Assembly (NCBI GenBank): GCA_951406725.2
Contig: OX597819.1
Span: 75,206,001 to 75,270,000, forward strand
Source: Octopus vulgaris
Lineage: Eukaryota
Direction of reading: 5' to 3'
Length of the DNA stretch: 64,000 bases
Numbering within the stretch: position 1 is the stretch's first letter; every line of letters starts with the position of its first letter. This document shows, piece after piece, positions 1 through 13,600 of this stretch. The notes below the pieces were generated by a model. That model saw nothing but the letters and a program-made list of their open reading frames with translations. It ran no database searches and was not told the DNA's origin. The translations under genes and the position numbers were made by a program.

Positions 1-334
1 TGGAGAATGTGTATCAGTCATTTTTGGAGAATCCTAGCCTTTTTTTTTTATGCTGGCTTTAGTGATGTAGCCCAATGTGCTTCTGATAATAACAAATGAA
101 AATCTAAACACACAAGGGTTGTAGGCTTCTCATTAGTTCATCATAGATGTTTTCCTTTTGCCCAATTTTTTATGAGACATTCACATCTGTCAAGTAGCTA
201 TCTCCATAAAAAGGACATCATTTTTGTTCCCTGTGCCTTTACAATAATATATGGCCAGTTGTATTTATACTGGGTTGCTGTTTTTATTGGAATATTCCAC
301 CAGTATTTCTTATTTTTTAAAAGAATCTTTCATC

Positions 335-799
335 TTTTTATCTTTCTTTTTGTTTCAGTCATTAAACTGCAACCATGCTGGGGCACTACCTTCGAGAAAT
401 TTTTGGTTGAACGAATCAACCCCAGTACTTATTCTACCAGCCTCTTTTGCCAAACCACTAATTTATGAGGACATAAACATACCAACACCGGTTGTCAAGT
501 GGTGATGGGAGATAGACACAAATACGCACGTATACACACACACACATGACCTCTTTTCAGTTTCCATCTACAAAATCCCCTCACAAGCTTTGGTTGACTT
601 CAGGCTATAGAAGAAGACGTGTGTGTGTGTGCGCCCGCGCGTGCGTCTGTGTGTGTGTGTGTCCTTACCTTACCAGCGCGTGTCAGTTGAAATAAGAGCC
701 ACTGTCATACAAGCAGTGTCTCTCTTTTCTAATATTCTGTGAAAATATGTCTTGCTCTGAGACCCATGCAAGCACGGAAAAGTTGACGTTACGACGACG

Positions 800-800
<1 letters not shown>
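335..800. mobile_element. Composite of SINE fragments (minus-strand body 335-620, plus-strand tail 680-800)
   Basis: Shares TTTCAGTTTCCATCTAC.AAATCC.CTCACAAG and GCAAGCACGGAAAAGTTGACGTTA with other SINE copies in the window. Confidence 0.65.
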
Positions 801-801
<1 letters not shown>

Positions 802-849
<48 letters not shown>

Positions 850-878
850 GTAAACACACACACACTCTCTCTCTCTCT
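802..878. repeat. Compound microsatellite (TA)n-(CA)n-(CT)n
   Basis: Direct reading. Confidence 0.95.
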
Positions 879-2759
879 ATCTGCAGAAGGACAGATTGAT
901 AGGGAGGGAGGGATAAGAATATATGTCATGTATATTGTGGAGAACATCTGTTTTCAAATTTTTCAATGTTCTTATAGATTATCTCCCCCTATGTTCTGAT
1001 ATTGGAATACACGTACACAAAAATGAAATTTGCTTTGAAGTAATTTAATTTTTTTCTTACGTTTCTGATCTCAGCCGTGAAATCATATTTTCCTAAGAAA
1101 TTACTTCGTAGTATACTGCAACTTGTAGCATGGTTAAATAATCACACCTATTAAAATGATGATGAAATGTGACATTTATTGGCAGGGGAGATAATGATTA
1201 ACAACTTTCGGATCATTTGAAAACAGTCCCAGTTTACACACACACTTTGTATATTGATTTTTCAAAGGGTGGTTTACATCAATATTGATGATGCATTATT
1301 TGTAGCAATAATAATAATAATCATTATTATTATTTTAAGCGTTATTATTATTATTGTTTAAAGTAGTGTTATTATTATTTTAAGTATTGTTGTTAATATT
1401 ATTATTATTTTTATTATATATGTATATTATGTTTATAGTAATGGTGTCTAATCCTACCTTTAAGCAACAGAAGTGCGATTATTTGATTCAGCCTTGAGCT
1501 GTGTCATATGAATTTTCCTGAATCCTTACATTTCTCAGAATTTTCTTCCAACGTAATAAAAAGGTAGACATAGGTTATCTGCCCATGTCTTATTCTAGTA
1601 TCACCCACTCCATTTATGAGTGGTTTTTCTGGTAGGGCTTTTGTAAATAATATTATCGTTATACAAAATATACAGTTAGCGACAAACGTACCTGTGATTG
1701 CGTTTATCTGGAAATGTACGTGTGTATTAATAAAAGTAATTTACGATCAAACATATGCAAGCCCAGTTTCCCGAGTTTTCTTTACATGTGTACAAGAGAG
1801 AACTATTCAATGAACCGCTTGGTAAATGATTTTTTTTTAAATATTTGAAAAATAAAATGACTTCCTACCTATTCAATGAACGATTTCTGTCAAAAATAAG
1901 AGTTACGATTTTCTTTTTATTATCATCAATAAATATGAAAAATTATAGCTAATAAATTTCATTTTGTGTTGTCTCAGGAAAATAATTACGAAAAAAAAAA
2001 ATACCTGAAATGACAAAGAAAAAATTTTTTGTTTAAAGAGGGAATGAGGTGAGCAGGTTTCCTTTGAAATAAATGCACCACAGGGTAAGTAAACAATATT
2101 CTCAATGTGGAAAGCGAACCAACACACCAACGGTGTTGGTGCAAATTAAAATTCGAATCGAAGCCATTGAGGTGATTAAACTTCGGAATGAGGCAAGTTA
2201 ATGTGTCGGTAGACAAGGAAGAGTAAACAGACTACCAGTATTGATTATAAATATCAGGTGGTTTTTATACTGTCATAATGTATTTGCACCTGAACAACAG
2301 GTTCAAATCTTAACCTAATGTAGAATGTAGTCTATTTTCTATATTGCACCATACAATATATATATAAGATAATACGAGATAGATTGAACATTAAAACTTA
2401 TATATACATTTATAATATATATAATATATATGCACAAAATTGCTTTATTCTCCTTCCTCGTTGTTACCTTGAAAACTATATAAATTGGGAGATAACGAGC
2501 TATCATCTCTGAAAGATCGAACAGTACCACATCACATTGGACCACCAACATTCTCACTGATCATCTTCGTGTTCCAATGGATTGTATTATATATCGACCC
2601 ATTCATTAATATACTCCTACACCCAAGAAACCACTATGAATGTCAAAAGTTGCCTGCTTTGGCAAATCTCTTCTTCACTACCTCCCCTTATAGACATTCT
2701 GTCTGCCTCTCTCTCCCTCATATTCACTCCTTCTATATACTATGTCAGCGTCATCGTTC

Positions 2760-3330
2760 TAGTTAGTGGTGGCGATGACGGAGGAGGAAGAGGAGTAGAA
2801 GGAGGAGGAGGACAATTTACGCAGCGCAAAATAGTTCCCACACGAAGCGATACCATTTACTTGTCGTTGCTTTGGTCACAAATTATAAATGAACTCCTGA
2901 CAACATCTCTTTGGTGATTTCTTTTGATGTTTTTTTTGTGAAATCTGCGGTTGGGCTTAGGTTTGATTTTACTTCTCCGAAACGGTTTGTATATTTCAGT
3001 GGAGATAGAAATAAAGAGCCTCCGAACTATTTCTCGTCGAAACCTTCCACTCGTCCGGTGGGCGCCATCTTAAGTCACACGGAAGCACGGTCCAGGAGGA
3101 GTGAGGCGCCGGTGGACAGTTCTCTGCGTTAAATATTTCACACCTTTCAGGATCTGGTGCATTGGAAACATACTAAATAACTATCGGCGAATTGGAAGAT
3201 GGCGACTCAATTGCTTCCAATACGTTTTCAAGAGCATTTACAGGTAGGTTCTCTTGTTTAATTTAAACTGGCATTTTCATACCACTACAAAATTCAAGAA
3301 AGGGGGCGGCCAGGCGAAAAAAATGTCTGA
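2760..3330. promoter_or_regulatory. CpG/GC-rich promoter of CHC, possibly bidirectional
   Basis: Local GC/CpG peak; YY1-type motifs CGCCATCTT (3063-3071) and AAGATGGCG (3196-3204) in opposite orientation; GC box GGGGCGG near 3303-3309. Confidence 0.7.
3199..3243 (+). CDS. CLTC: Clathrin heavy chain, coding exon 1 (MATQLLPIRFQEHLQ)
   Basis: ATG at 3199 in aagATGgcg context; translation matches the CHC N-terminus (human MAQILPIRFQEHLQ); ends CAG|gtaggt, phase 0. Confidence 0.96.
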
Positions 3331-4207
3331 CTAAAGCTGTACACATAGTCTTTTCTAACACCAAAGAGATGTATATATACTTCTTCCTGGTATTGCGATC
3401 GTGTATTTATTATGGTACATTCATTAAATATATTTATTAGTTTGCTCTTGGCTTCTAGTTTATAATCATGATTTATTTTTCAACCTAATATACAAAGCTA
3501 TGCTTACTTCGACATAGACACACACACACACACACACACAAATGAACGACACCACTAAACTATGTCGTATTATCAATACTTGTTGATATTCAAATAATTT
3601 ATTTTAATATTTATGGTGGAAAATATATTTCCGATTTATGTGTTATTTTAGTGTAATAAAAAAAATATCAAGAGGGTGTTAAGAAAAAAAGGGGCGTTGA
3701 AAAGATTTTCAAACAATAGTTTTATTTGGTTCTTTGAAATAAGGTCATATTTTAAAATTTTCATTACATAATCTTATAAAAATATTTAAAAAATCTCAAA
3801 TTCTCAACTGATAACTCTAATTCATTTTATTTGAAATATACACCTCATTTTTGGTATATGTATATTTATTGATATTTAGGGAAGCGTATCATTGTCTCAC
3901 CTACCTCATACATATGTGTGTGTGTGTATAATTTTATATATAGTCATTTCCGCTCTCTCCCCCCTCCCCCGGCATCCCTTTTCCGTCTTCTGCTTTTAAT
4001 AAAAGCTTATTTTTTTAAAAGAAAAGTGACAATATCTGACCACACGTCGCACCTAAACGAAACAGGGATATTCCACAGTATTCACAATGTCCGAGCTGAC
4101 AAATTGATGTTGAAACCGGAGTCGTTTGTTAACCACAGAATTAATATTATTAACCAAATTCGTTTGGATTGGATCAATAAATTTAGATGATCACATATTG
4201 TCAGTTC

Positions 4208-4415
4208 GGTGGGTGGCAGATTCGGTAGAACAACTGACAAAATAGTCCTTGTGTGTTATGTCCCTTTACATTTTGAGTTCGAATCCTGCTGCGGTCTATA
4301 CCGTTTATCTTTCAGAAATCGGTAAAATATGAGAAGTAGAAAGGATCGAATAAGAGTTAAATATTTATCTCCTTGACCCCCACAAATGTGTGGCAGTATT
4401 CCTATTAGAAATCGT
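4208..4415 (+). mobile_element. Diverged Nin/Deu-domain-like SINE with (ATT)n tail
   Basis: Box-B-like GAGTTCGAATCC; similarity to copies at 17575, 31712 and 50365. Confidence 0.55.
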
Positions 4416-7400
4416 CATCATTATTATTATTATTATTATTATTGTTCTATCATCTCATGCATCTGAAGAAATATGTTTTGTGCTTGCATCTTGTGATCTG
4501 GAAATGTAACAGTTGTTAAATCTTTGACTCTTTTGCTACCTGAAATCACACACGTTTCATTCATTCAGTTCATCTTATTTAATTTCTATTACATACTCAC
4601 ATCACACAACTACAGTTACAAACAAAATATATGATTATTGTAAGAATATTTTGCATTCATTGAGAGATTCAAAATCGGTTACTGTCTCTTTCATACATAT
4701 ATATATATATATATGTGTATAGAGATAGATAGATAGATAGATGGGTGTGCGCATGGCTAAGGCATTTTGTTTGAAAAAGATTTCAAGCATATATTTACTG
4801 TAAGTTTTAACATAAATTTTGTACTTACAACAGCAATTAAAAAACGTCTACTTACCAGTAGTGTAAGGTTATTAGGTGTTAATTTTGTTGTGATCAAGTG
4901 ATGTTGAACAAATTATCCTAATATGATGCTAGATGGTCTATAAGTGAGGGATTAGCCAGCTGTTTATTGCCTAATTTAAGTAGGACCCTCTTTTCTCGAC
5001 CACTTTGTAAGTCTCGGTAAACGATTTTTATTTGACATTCATCGCACACGTCTTTTATTTCTGCATATTTTTATTGCAATGTGATGTTTAAATAAAAACT
5101 GCTTCAATGAGAGATCTATTTAAATCGAATATTAATTATTAATAGCTTAATGAGGATTGTGTATGAGATACGCCCCCCTATATGCCACCACGCACGTTAA
5201 ATCTCCTAGCACTGCTACCTTATCTATTACTCATGCTTTATGGCGTGATGTTTTTCTCTTATATATATACACACATATTTATATATTCTTTTGACGGTTT
5301 ACCTTTTCGTTGTCTTCTCACTCTGGCATCGTTCGGCGACTTTTACATAAATATCATTATTTACTGTTTTCGTTTCACAACTTTTCATTGGATTCTATAG
5401 ATTTTTGTGCTGTTGAAGAATAATTTGTTCTATAGAAATTCTTAAGAAAAACACACTCCTTCACAAGTGGGTGATTCAACTTCGCTACACCCACATTAAA
5501 TATGTTAGTGTTTCTAATTAATATACTCTTTCTGCCTCATGACTTTAACTAAAAGAGCTGCGTATGTGCGTGTGTCATATATATATAAAACACCAGCTGC
5601 TATTTAGAACACGATTTAATAATTTATCAATGATCTATTCAAAAAAAATATCAGAACTATTTTTGCGTAACTGTTTAATATAAACCACATTTTATATACA
5701 AATGATGTCGGTGAAATTATGTTGTGTCAGGCTCAAATTTTACACTATCACCATTATATTTAATGAATTTGTTATCTGAGTTGATTTTAGTTCTGATTTA
5801 CATGATGAAATTTAAGTTGATCAACAGCCGTACTACATATCACTTCCAAGACGTTGAATCTTATGGTTGTTATTTTAAATTCTTTGGTAATTATCTCTTA
5901 CAGAAGTATTAATCTGCTCCGAATTGTCTTGAGGTTGATTAATTATTATGATTTTATTTTTATCGAGCCGTGTAGCTTGTTCTAGATCGTTTGATATCAT
6001 GAATGGTTTGAATATAGTAAATTCCATTTCGGTTTTGATTTCAAGAAGGCTGTCGAGACTTGTCGATCTATATCTAATATGATGATTGAGCTCTTTCGCC
6101 AGTTTTGCAAACCCGCATCTGTTGGGGTTTTTAGAGGTCAAATTATTGTTGTTTTTGTTTTATTATTGTTGATTGGGGGCGTGTTCTCTTGTCGATGTGA
6201 TGACTTGTTGCTTTTTCTCGTCACTAGGTGGCTACCAGCAACAGGATGGAACTAAAGGAACACTCGTTTCGACCCTTTTCTGTTTATTTTAATTATTTGT
6301 TATTGATTTCTGTACGGTATTATTAAAATATGAGCCGAACAACCGATTTGTACTAGTCATTTTATTGCATTCTTTTATGTTATCGATTATTATTTTTCGT
6401 GTTTCCAGCGACCTCTCATCTACCGCTCTTAATGTTGATTGTTCTGATTTTGCTTATAACTACCTTCCAATAAGTAAATTCTTTTTATAATAGTACCACC
6501 TTCATCAGCTAAGGGACTAAATGATTTTTAACGTCTCTGATAATTGGTTGTTTACGTGACAACTACCTGTGTTAGCTTTTTTGATACACTCCCTTTCACA
6601 GTCTCAGAATACTTTTTAGTATATTATCATTCTATTCTAATCAACTGATCGTTTGTACTCTTTATTAGTTGTAAAATCTGTGCAATGCATTGTTATTGGA
6701 TCTGTTGCTGCTGCTGCTAGACTTTCACTTCTTTACTCGTCTGTACTGTTCGGCATTCAGTACAACACATTTACGAAGCTGCTTAAGTCCTGCGTTATAA
6801 AGGAGGAACAACACTCCTTTCTTTCTTTTTTCTTTTTTTTTTTTTGACGTCTTGCTAGTATTTCGTTTTCATTTTTCTTTTTACCTTACTTAACTAGGTC
6901 ATTAGTATAACTTGTTATAGCTTCATTAACGTATAAGCATCACAATCCATTTCTATCCGTTGTCCACGTCAGGTGTGTGTCATGGCGGCTTCTCGACACT
7001 TCACACTGAGATAACTCGGTCTAACTCTTTTCCTTTATTTTCTTCTGAGATTTTATTGTCTCTGGATTTTATTTTTTTAAGATATAGCAAATACAAAGAA
7101 AAAACAAACTAATTCAAACACTCCTTAGGTGTTTGTTAGACATTTGCTATCGATTCAGCACTCATTATTTTCATTTCCGTCTTGTGATTCACAAATTCCA
7201 ATGAATGTCTTTATAAAATCACAGACGAGGCTCAAGAAAGTGTTCAGTTTTTACTTAAATTAGCGTTGAAGATATTTAATCTCGCTAACATTATTCGAAA
7301 AATGGCTTTGATATAAGTAATTCAGTTTTCAAATATGATAAATATTTTTTATTAAACTCTCCCACACGGCCCCCTCTTTTTATATTTTTATTCACATAAA

Positions 7401-9503
7401 TTTGGTTGTCCGTTTCTTTGAATTATGCTATTTCTCAAGAGTTACATTTCTAATGCTATCTATTCAATCCTGAAACGCCTATGTTTTTGCTCGATAAAAC
7501 ATGTGTTCAAGACACTCTGAAGGAATTTTAGTTTAATATTTCAATATACAAATGCTACTTTTTGAAACTTTGAATTCATAATAAAATAGTACTCTGTGGT
7601 AATGTAGTTAACTTTGAAAAAATATTTAAAGACTTTGTAATTTTTACAAGTTGTGTCACTTTGGATGAAATGATTTTGCCTTCAACTTTAGTAAAATTTA
7701 TATTTCATACAAAATATGCAGTTTACTTAGATGTTTGAACCTGTGTATGAAACTTGACCTTGATACATGACAACCTTTTCTGTATTAATTATAATTTTTA
7801 ATCAACTATTTCACATCAGTAATTTTAGTGCATCATTACTGGTATAGCATTGAAACTAAGTCTTAAAACCGTATTTGTTTTACAGGAGAGAGAGAGAGAG
7901 TGCCTTTCCAGAAGTATGAGGTTTAAGGGGGGTTTGGGTTTATTCTTTTCTTCTAGTATATAAGTTTGGAAGAAATATTTACTAAGTCTTATATATTTGA
8001 GGATGATTTAGAGATTAAAAGCAGATGTGAATAGGTCCAGGGAAATCCTTAAGGGTAGAAGAGTCAGTGCAATTGTATAATGGGGGGAAATATAAAGTGA
8101 AATGTTACCTTAAGGATTTTAAACAACCAAATAATTTTTGTACATGGTGCCAGCTCAGTGATCATAGGACATGCGAAATGAATTTAGATTTTAAGTTTGA
8201 AGAACCCATAGCTTAAATTTTGATTGTTTTTCAGAGAGTCGCTAAAATATCACCTATTAATTAATCTCTGGTTTTCACCAAATTGCCAGTTTCAGAAGCA
8301 TACATATTACGCTGTTTTAGTTTTATATTTGCAGATAGTGTCTTTGTTGCCATTGTAACGAGTTAGAATTTGGTATAACATACTATTTCAAATATCGACA
8401 ATCATTATATTGTAGGATGCTACTGACGATAGAAGTACAGAACCAGTGCAACCTTTCTAAGCTTACTTGTCATAACTCACATATGCCAATATAATAGCAC
8501 ATGAAATGCTGACATTCAATTAGCTTCTGTTGATTGTATTTAATCTTATTCCTAGTTAGATATTAATTTGAATGTGGTACTTGTTACCCATTATCTTACA
8601 GCTAATTGTATAATGAGGTTCTGAAAAGTTTTTACTGAATTTGAATGTTCAAATGAAGGAAAGAAAATCCTTTTCTTGGCTTGGAAATTATCTTTTAGCA
8701 ACAATATGACTGACATAAAATAATATTAAGGAGTGTTTTGCAAACGTGACAGAAACGTATCAGGGCCTCACAAATGTGAGAGTCTTCTATTATTGAGTTG
8801 AAAATATTTAGATCATTTGAGATTACACAAACACTTTGTAGATAGGAATCCAACATTAGATATTTACAATATAAAAACAAGTAAAATCTGGAATGTAGTC
8901 AACCTGGTTCTGAATATTAACAACGTGGTTCTGTGGAGAGAGAATACATCAGGGGAACATTCTGCATATTAAATAAACTTACAGAAGAGTTGCGCGCGCG
9001 TGTGTGTGTGTGTATATATATATATATATGTTGAAAATCTTGGATCAACTAAAACATCTCCATTTGTTTTCACTAGTTGGCTTTAAAAACCGGCTCCACT
9101 CCATTCTACATTCCCTTTATTGTCCGAAAATTTTGATCCGGTTATTGGAGTTATCTACCTTGTTTGAAGTTTTTTTAAAGGGGGAGTTTTTGTCAACTAA
9201 TGACTTGGATAATCTTGGTTGAGGGAAGTTTAGTTACTACATATGGAACAGCCTACCATATTTCTTAGTAATATCGATCATTTACAATATTTCATCGACA
9301 GTCAGCAGTTTGCCCTTGTGAACGTTTAAGGGCTATGCGATAACCATTAGCATAAAAGTCCGAATATTTGAACTTATAATTTAACAGGCTAAAGATACAT
9401 GTAACGTCATGAATTATCTGCTTTCGATTGAGTATCTTTTTTTTAAGACCTAACTCATTGCATGGAGCGGAGTGAGATTTAAGAATTAGAAGTAATGGTT
9501 ATT

Positions 9504-9913
9504 GGTGCAGGCATGGCTGTGTGGTTAAGAAGTTTGCTTCAAAACCATATAGTTAGGATTTTGTTCTCACTGCACGAACATCATTGGCCGGTGACCTCTT
9601 CTGAGAGTTGTATGCTGGTCAATACCTTGTGAGAAAAATTGGTTGATAGACACAAGAATCGTATGTGTGTGTGTGTGTGTGCAAGTTTGTGTTCCTATTT
9701 CCCCTGATATGTTGGGTGATTATTTTTATTATTATTATTATAAACAAACAGCATTGTTTGCTTCAGATATAACCATGTCTGGACTGTTTGTTGGAAGGTT
9801 ATCTTGCTTAAAAACCGCTTAAGAACAGCATCCAACCACAGGAACTCTGCATTAACGTAGTCTTGTCTGACTTGTGTAAGCATAAAAAAGTAAGTATTAA
9901 AACGATGATGATG
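9504..9913 (+). mobile_element. tRNA-headed SINE, near full length
   Basis: Head GGTGCAGGCATGGCTGTGTGGTTAAGAAGTTTGC, internal (TG)n, tail ...TTAAAACGATGATGATG. Confidence 0.75.
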
Positions 9914-10394
9914 CTGACTGAAATTTATTAGGGGTTTACTTGAGCTAATGGGGGCATAGGTAGAGATTCCTGGTAGTGAATTACATCTTGTACAACCACT
10001 TAAAGAAATATTAGAATCGGTCTTACAATTGAAATATACAGATTGGTTTCATTAGTAAAGATCAAAGCAACAAAGATTGGAAAATTTTTCTTTTATTTGT
10101 TCCCATTGATTAACAAACTTGATTCTACAAAGTTTACTGGTATGTAACATTATAAACATTGACAGTTTGTGATAGGTTGGCTGCCCTCAGGGCAATATTT
10201 TTGTTGGGCTGCTTTTCTTCCTCTGAAGATCCTAATGGGTTCTGTTCTGAAGATTAGTATCTGACATAACACGAGTATAAGGGGATGGTAAGAGAGAACA
10301 TGGAAAGAGCGAAAATGAGGAATGTGAGGCCTGCACCACTACTTATAGCCTTAAAATGCTTCTTTCCATTGATGATCCTGTGATAGTTGCAAGC

Positions 10395-10650
10395 ATAGAA
10401 GTGTAGTTGAGAAGTTTACTTAGCAACTACATGGTGTTCAGTTCACTTCCACTGCACAGCACCTTAGGCAAGTATCTTCTGTAGTCCTAGACCTTGTGAG
10501 TGGACTTGGTTGACAAAAACTGTACAGATATTTCTCGTGGGTATATGTATGTGTGCATCTCCAAAAAGCAATAAATAGTACCAGGCTTCAAAAATCAAAT
10601 ACTGGATGGAGGTCCATTTGATTGACTAAAACCCTTCAGGGCTGGAGCTT
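10395..10650 (+). mobile_element. tRNA-headed SINE fragment
   Basis: GTTCACTTCCACTGCACAGCACCTTAGGCAAGTATCTTC...CCTTGTGAGTGGACTTGG shared with the family. Confidence 0.65.
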
Positions 10651-13600
10651 GTGAATATTTGAGATTTCTCACTTCGATTTGTGTTGCATGAAAATATCTA
10701 TTTAAAAAAAGAACTTTTTTTTTATGGCGAACTTGCAGTCATATGGTATCCCAAAATATTGTATGCTGCTTTAAAGCCACAGTTTTACTTATAGCTGTCT
10801 AAAACAACTTGAACTGTTGTTAGCTTTTCTGTCTTATATAACAGATAACATTTCAGTTTGATCCAAAAGGTTAATTAGTTGTTGGCTTTAGAAATAGTTT
10901 TCAGAATCAAAAGTAAAAGAAATGTATTCTTTTTTGTTTTGTTTCTTCTCTCATTGTGTGTGTATGCGCTGGTGTCAGTTATTGGACTGCAGCTATACGG
11001 AGGCACAGCCTTCAAAGGTTTTTATCAACTTTGTTCATAATTTATTTTATCATCCAATTCAGGAAATATATTTTTCAAGTGGTTAACTCTAGGCATTGAT
11101 ATTTTATGAGAAATTGAATTTTGTAAAATGTAATTATGTTTCTAACCAATGGATTCAGATGAAAAAGAATTTATTTCTTGCTTCAAACACCTATGAGAAC
11201 TCGTAGCATCGCCAAATAGCAGCCTGATGCAGTTTCTCTTCAACTCCTGATCCAGATTTCTAAAACTGTTCCTATTAAAATGTTTTCTATGCATTTCTGT
11301 AAAAAGTTAGCCACACTCTCATTAGGAATTGGTGGTGGTTAATATAAAGCAACACTAATCGTATTTGTTATGATAAAGGATTATCAAACAAATGCTAGAC
11401 AGTCAACAAGACTGAACATGCCCTACTCAAGATATTATTTTCAAAAACAGTTTAAAATCCTACATTCTAATCTCACTCGTATAACTAGTACAATGGTCGA
11501 ATGGATAAGATACAACAGTTATTGCATTGCCTTTGGACTGGATACTTTGTCTTTCTGTTTATATAATGATTTAATATTAGTGCCCCAGCATAACCACAGT
11601 CCAATGACTAAAGAATGCCAATAACTGGCCTTTTGTCTGGTGGAACTTAGGTAATGTTTCCTACAATTATATCCAGTGGCAATATTTAGTCTTATTGATT
11701 TGATGGTATCTTTGGCACCAGAATGCTTCATATAATTATGGGTTACCATTGGTCAGATTTTGTATCCAAATGATAACCCTACTCTGAAATTAGGATGCAT
11801 CCTGTTACTTGTATGATTGAGGAGCACCAGCTCACTGTTTTGCCATGTTGTTTGATTTTCTGAGTTAGACACTGCTGACTGTATCCTCTTCACTGAGGAT
11901 CCAGCTGGGTTGACTGCTTGTATTGGTCAACCAAATGCCATACGGTCACAGCAGATGAGGACTGGCTGAAACTCTGTTCAGTTGGTTGCACAGGAGGACC
12001 TAGGAATATACCAACATGGGAACTCAGCAATGCACTGTAGCAGTACATGCCCCCACATCAGATCTGGTGTGAGTTTATGGTATTTGATAGCTAAGCATTT
12101 GCATTCTCATGATTTCTTCTACATGGATATTTGCCAAAGTTTCTAGATTTTACTTTTGTTTCAACACTTCTTTTATAGCTTGATATTCACAGAAAAATTA
12201 AAATTCTTAATACATCCATGCTGTTATGTCTGAAAATGAGGTTTCTCTCAGAATTTTAATAAATACTATTAAATCTCAGTTTGTGTTAAATGTTTTATAA
12301 AGTATTGCTGTTTTCTTTCACTTGGGTACTTTTTTTGTAGACCAAAACGTCATTTTTTCATCTAATTACTAAGTTTGAGATATAACTTTTTTATTTACTT
12401 AGATATTTCAGCTGTCACACATTTTAAAAATGAGTACATGTATATGAATACAACTCTTTGTATTGCTATAGTAGATAATGTTCAAATTTAGTGGGAATGG
12501 CAAAGAATGTTAAGTATTTGATATTGTAAAAACAGCTAAGTTAAATTCAAGATGAACAGTTTCTAAATTAAAACTGGTCCTCTGTGACTGCTTGTAAAGT
12601 ATATCTTTAAAAAGAAACAGTTAATATTTTTGGTTGAATCTCAATAACATATAGAGAACATTGATAATTAGTATGCTATTCTCTCAACATATGGAGTTAT
12701 CTTTTCAAATTAATATTTTAATTCTGTATGAGATACATAATCATCTGAGCCAATATAAATGGCATGTCTTGCCATTTGAAGCAAAACTGAGCTGCTGCAG
12801 CTTCACAATAGATTTTATAAAAATTGATGGTTAAAAATTTATAAATAAATTAACCATTTACTAATGTTATGCCAATGCTTTTATCAGTATTTGAAGTCTT
12901 TGTAATATTTTAGGTAAATCCTTTGGCACTAGGATTGTTTTTACTTAATTCTCATGCTTTAGGATATGGCATAGTTTGAGTTAATACCAAATATATAATT
13001 GAACTAATTATGTATGTTCAACATAATCATTGGTTTCATAGGCTGGATGAACTTAGTCAACTAGCTCTTGACATTACTTTTTCCCTCCTCATATTTCCTC
13101 ATTTAATCTTAACCTTGTGGTTTGTACTTTTTTTTCTTTTACGCCATATCTTCTTTGAACTCGACTTCTTTTGTTACTAATGACCAGCTTTTAAGTGACT
13201 CACAGCACATATTTGGTTTTCTGTGACCATCACTTTCCTTAATTCTTTGGTATTTTGCAGTTTTTTCAATCTAATTTTATAAATTCACACACTGGGCATA
13301 TCTGTAAGGCCTGTTCACATTCACATGGTTTTAAGTTCATTTCCAGTATGGTGTCTTCTATTCTATCCTCGGGTTCAGTCAAGCCTTATGAGTAAAATAG
13401 TGTGGGCAAAATCTGTACAGTAGCCTATCAAATGAAATGTATCTGTTCTTTGGTGATGGATCTAACCCATTGCCTAATTGAACAGAGTCACTTGTCTTTG
13501 AGTGCCTTCAGTAAACTCAATTCTGTTGCAATCATTCAAATTTTCAGTCTGATATGAAGATCTCTCTCCATTTTTGGAGAACATGCAAGATGAAAACCAA

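Noticed and set aside
11780-12080. GC-richer patch resembling coding sequence (similar patches near 14870-15430 and 20520-21010)
   Set aside because: No open frame or motif I could recognise; probably ancient TE debris, not assignable without a search.
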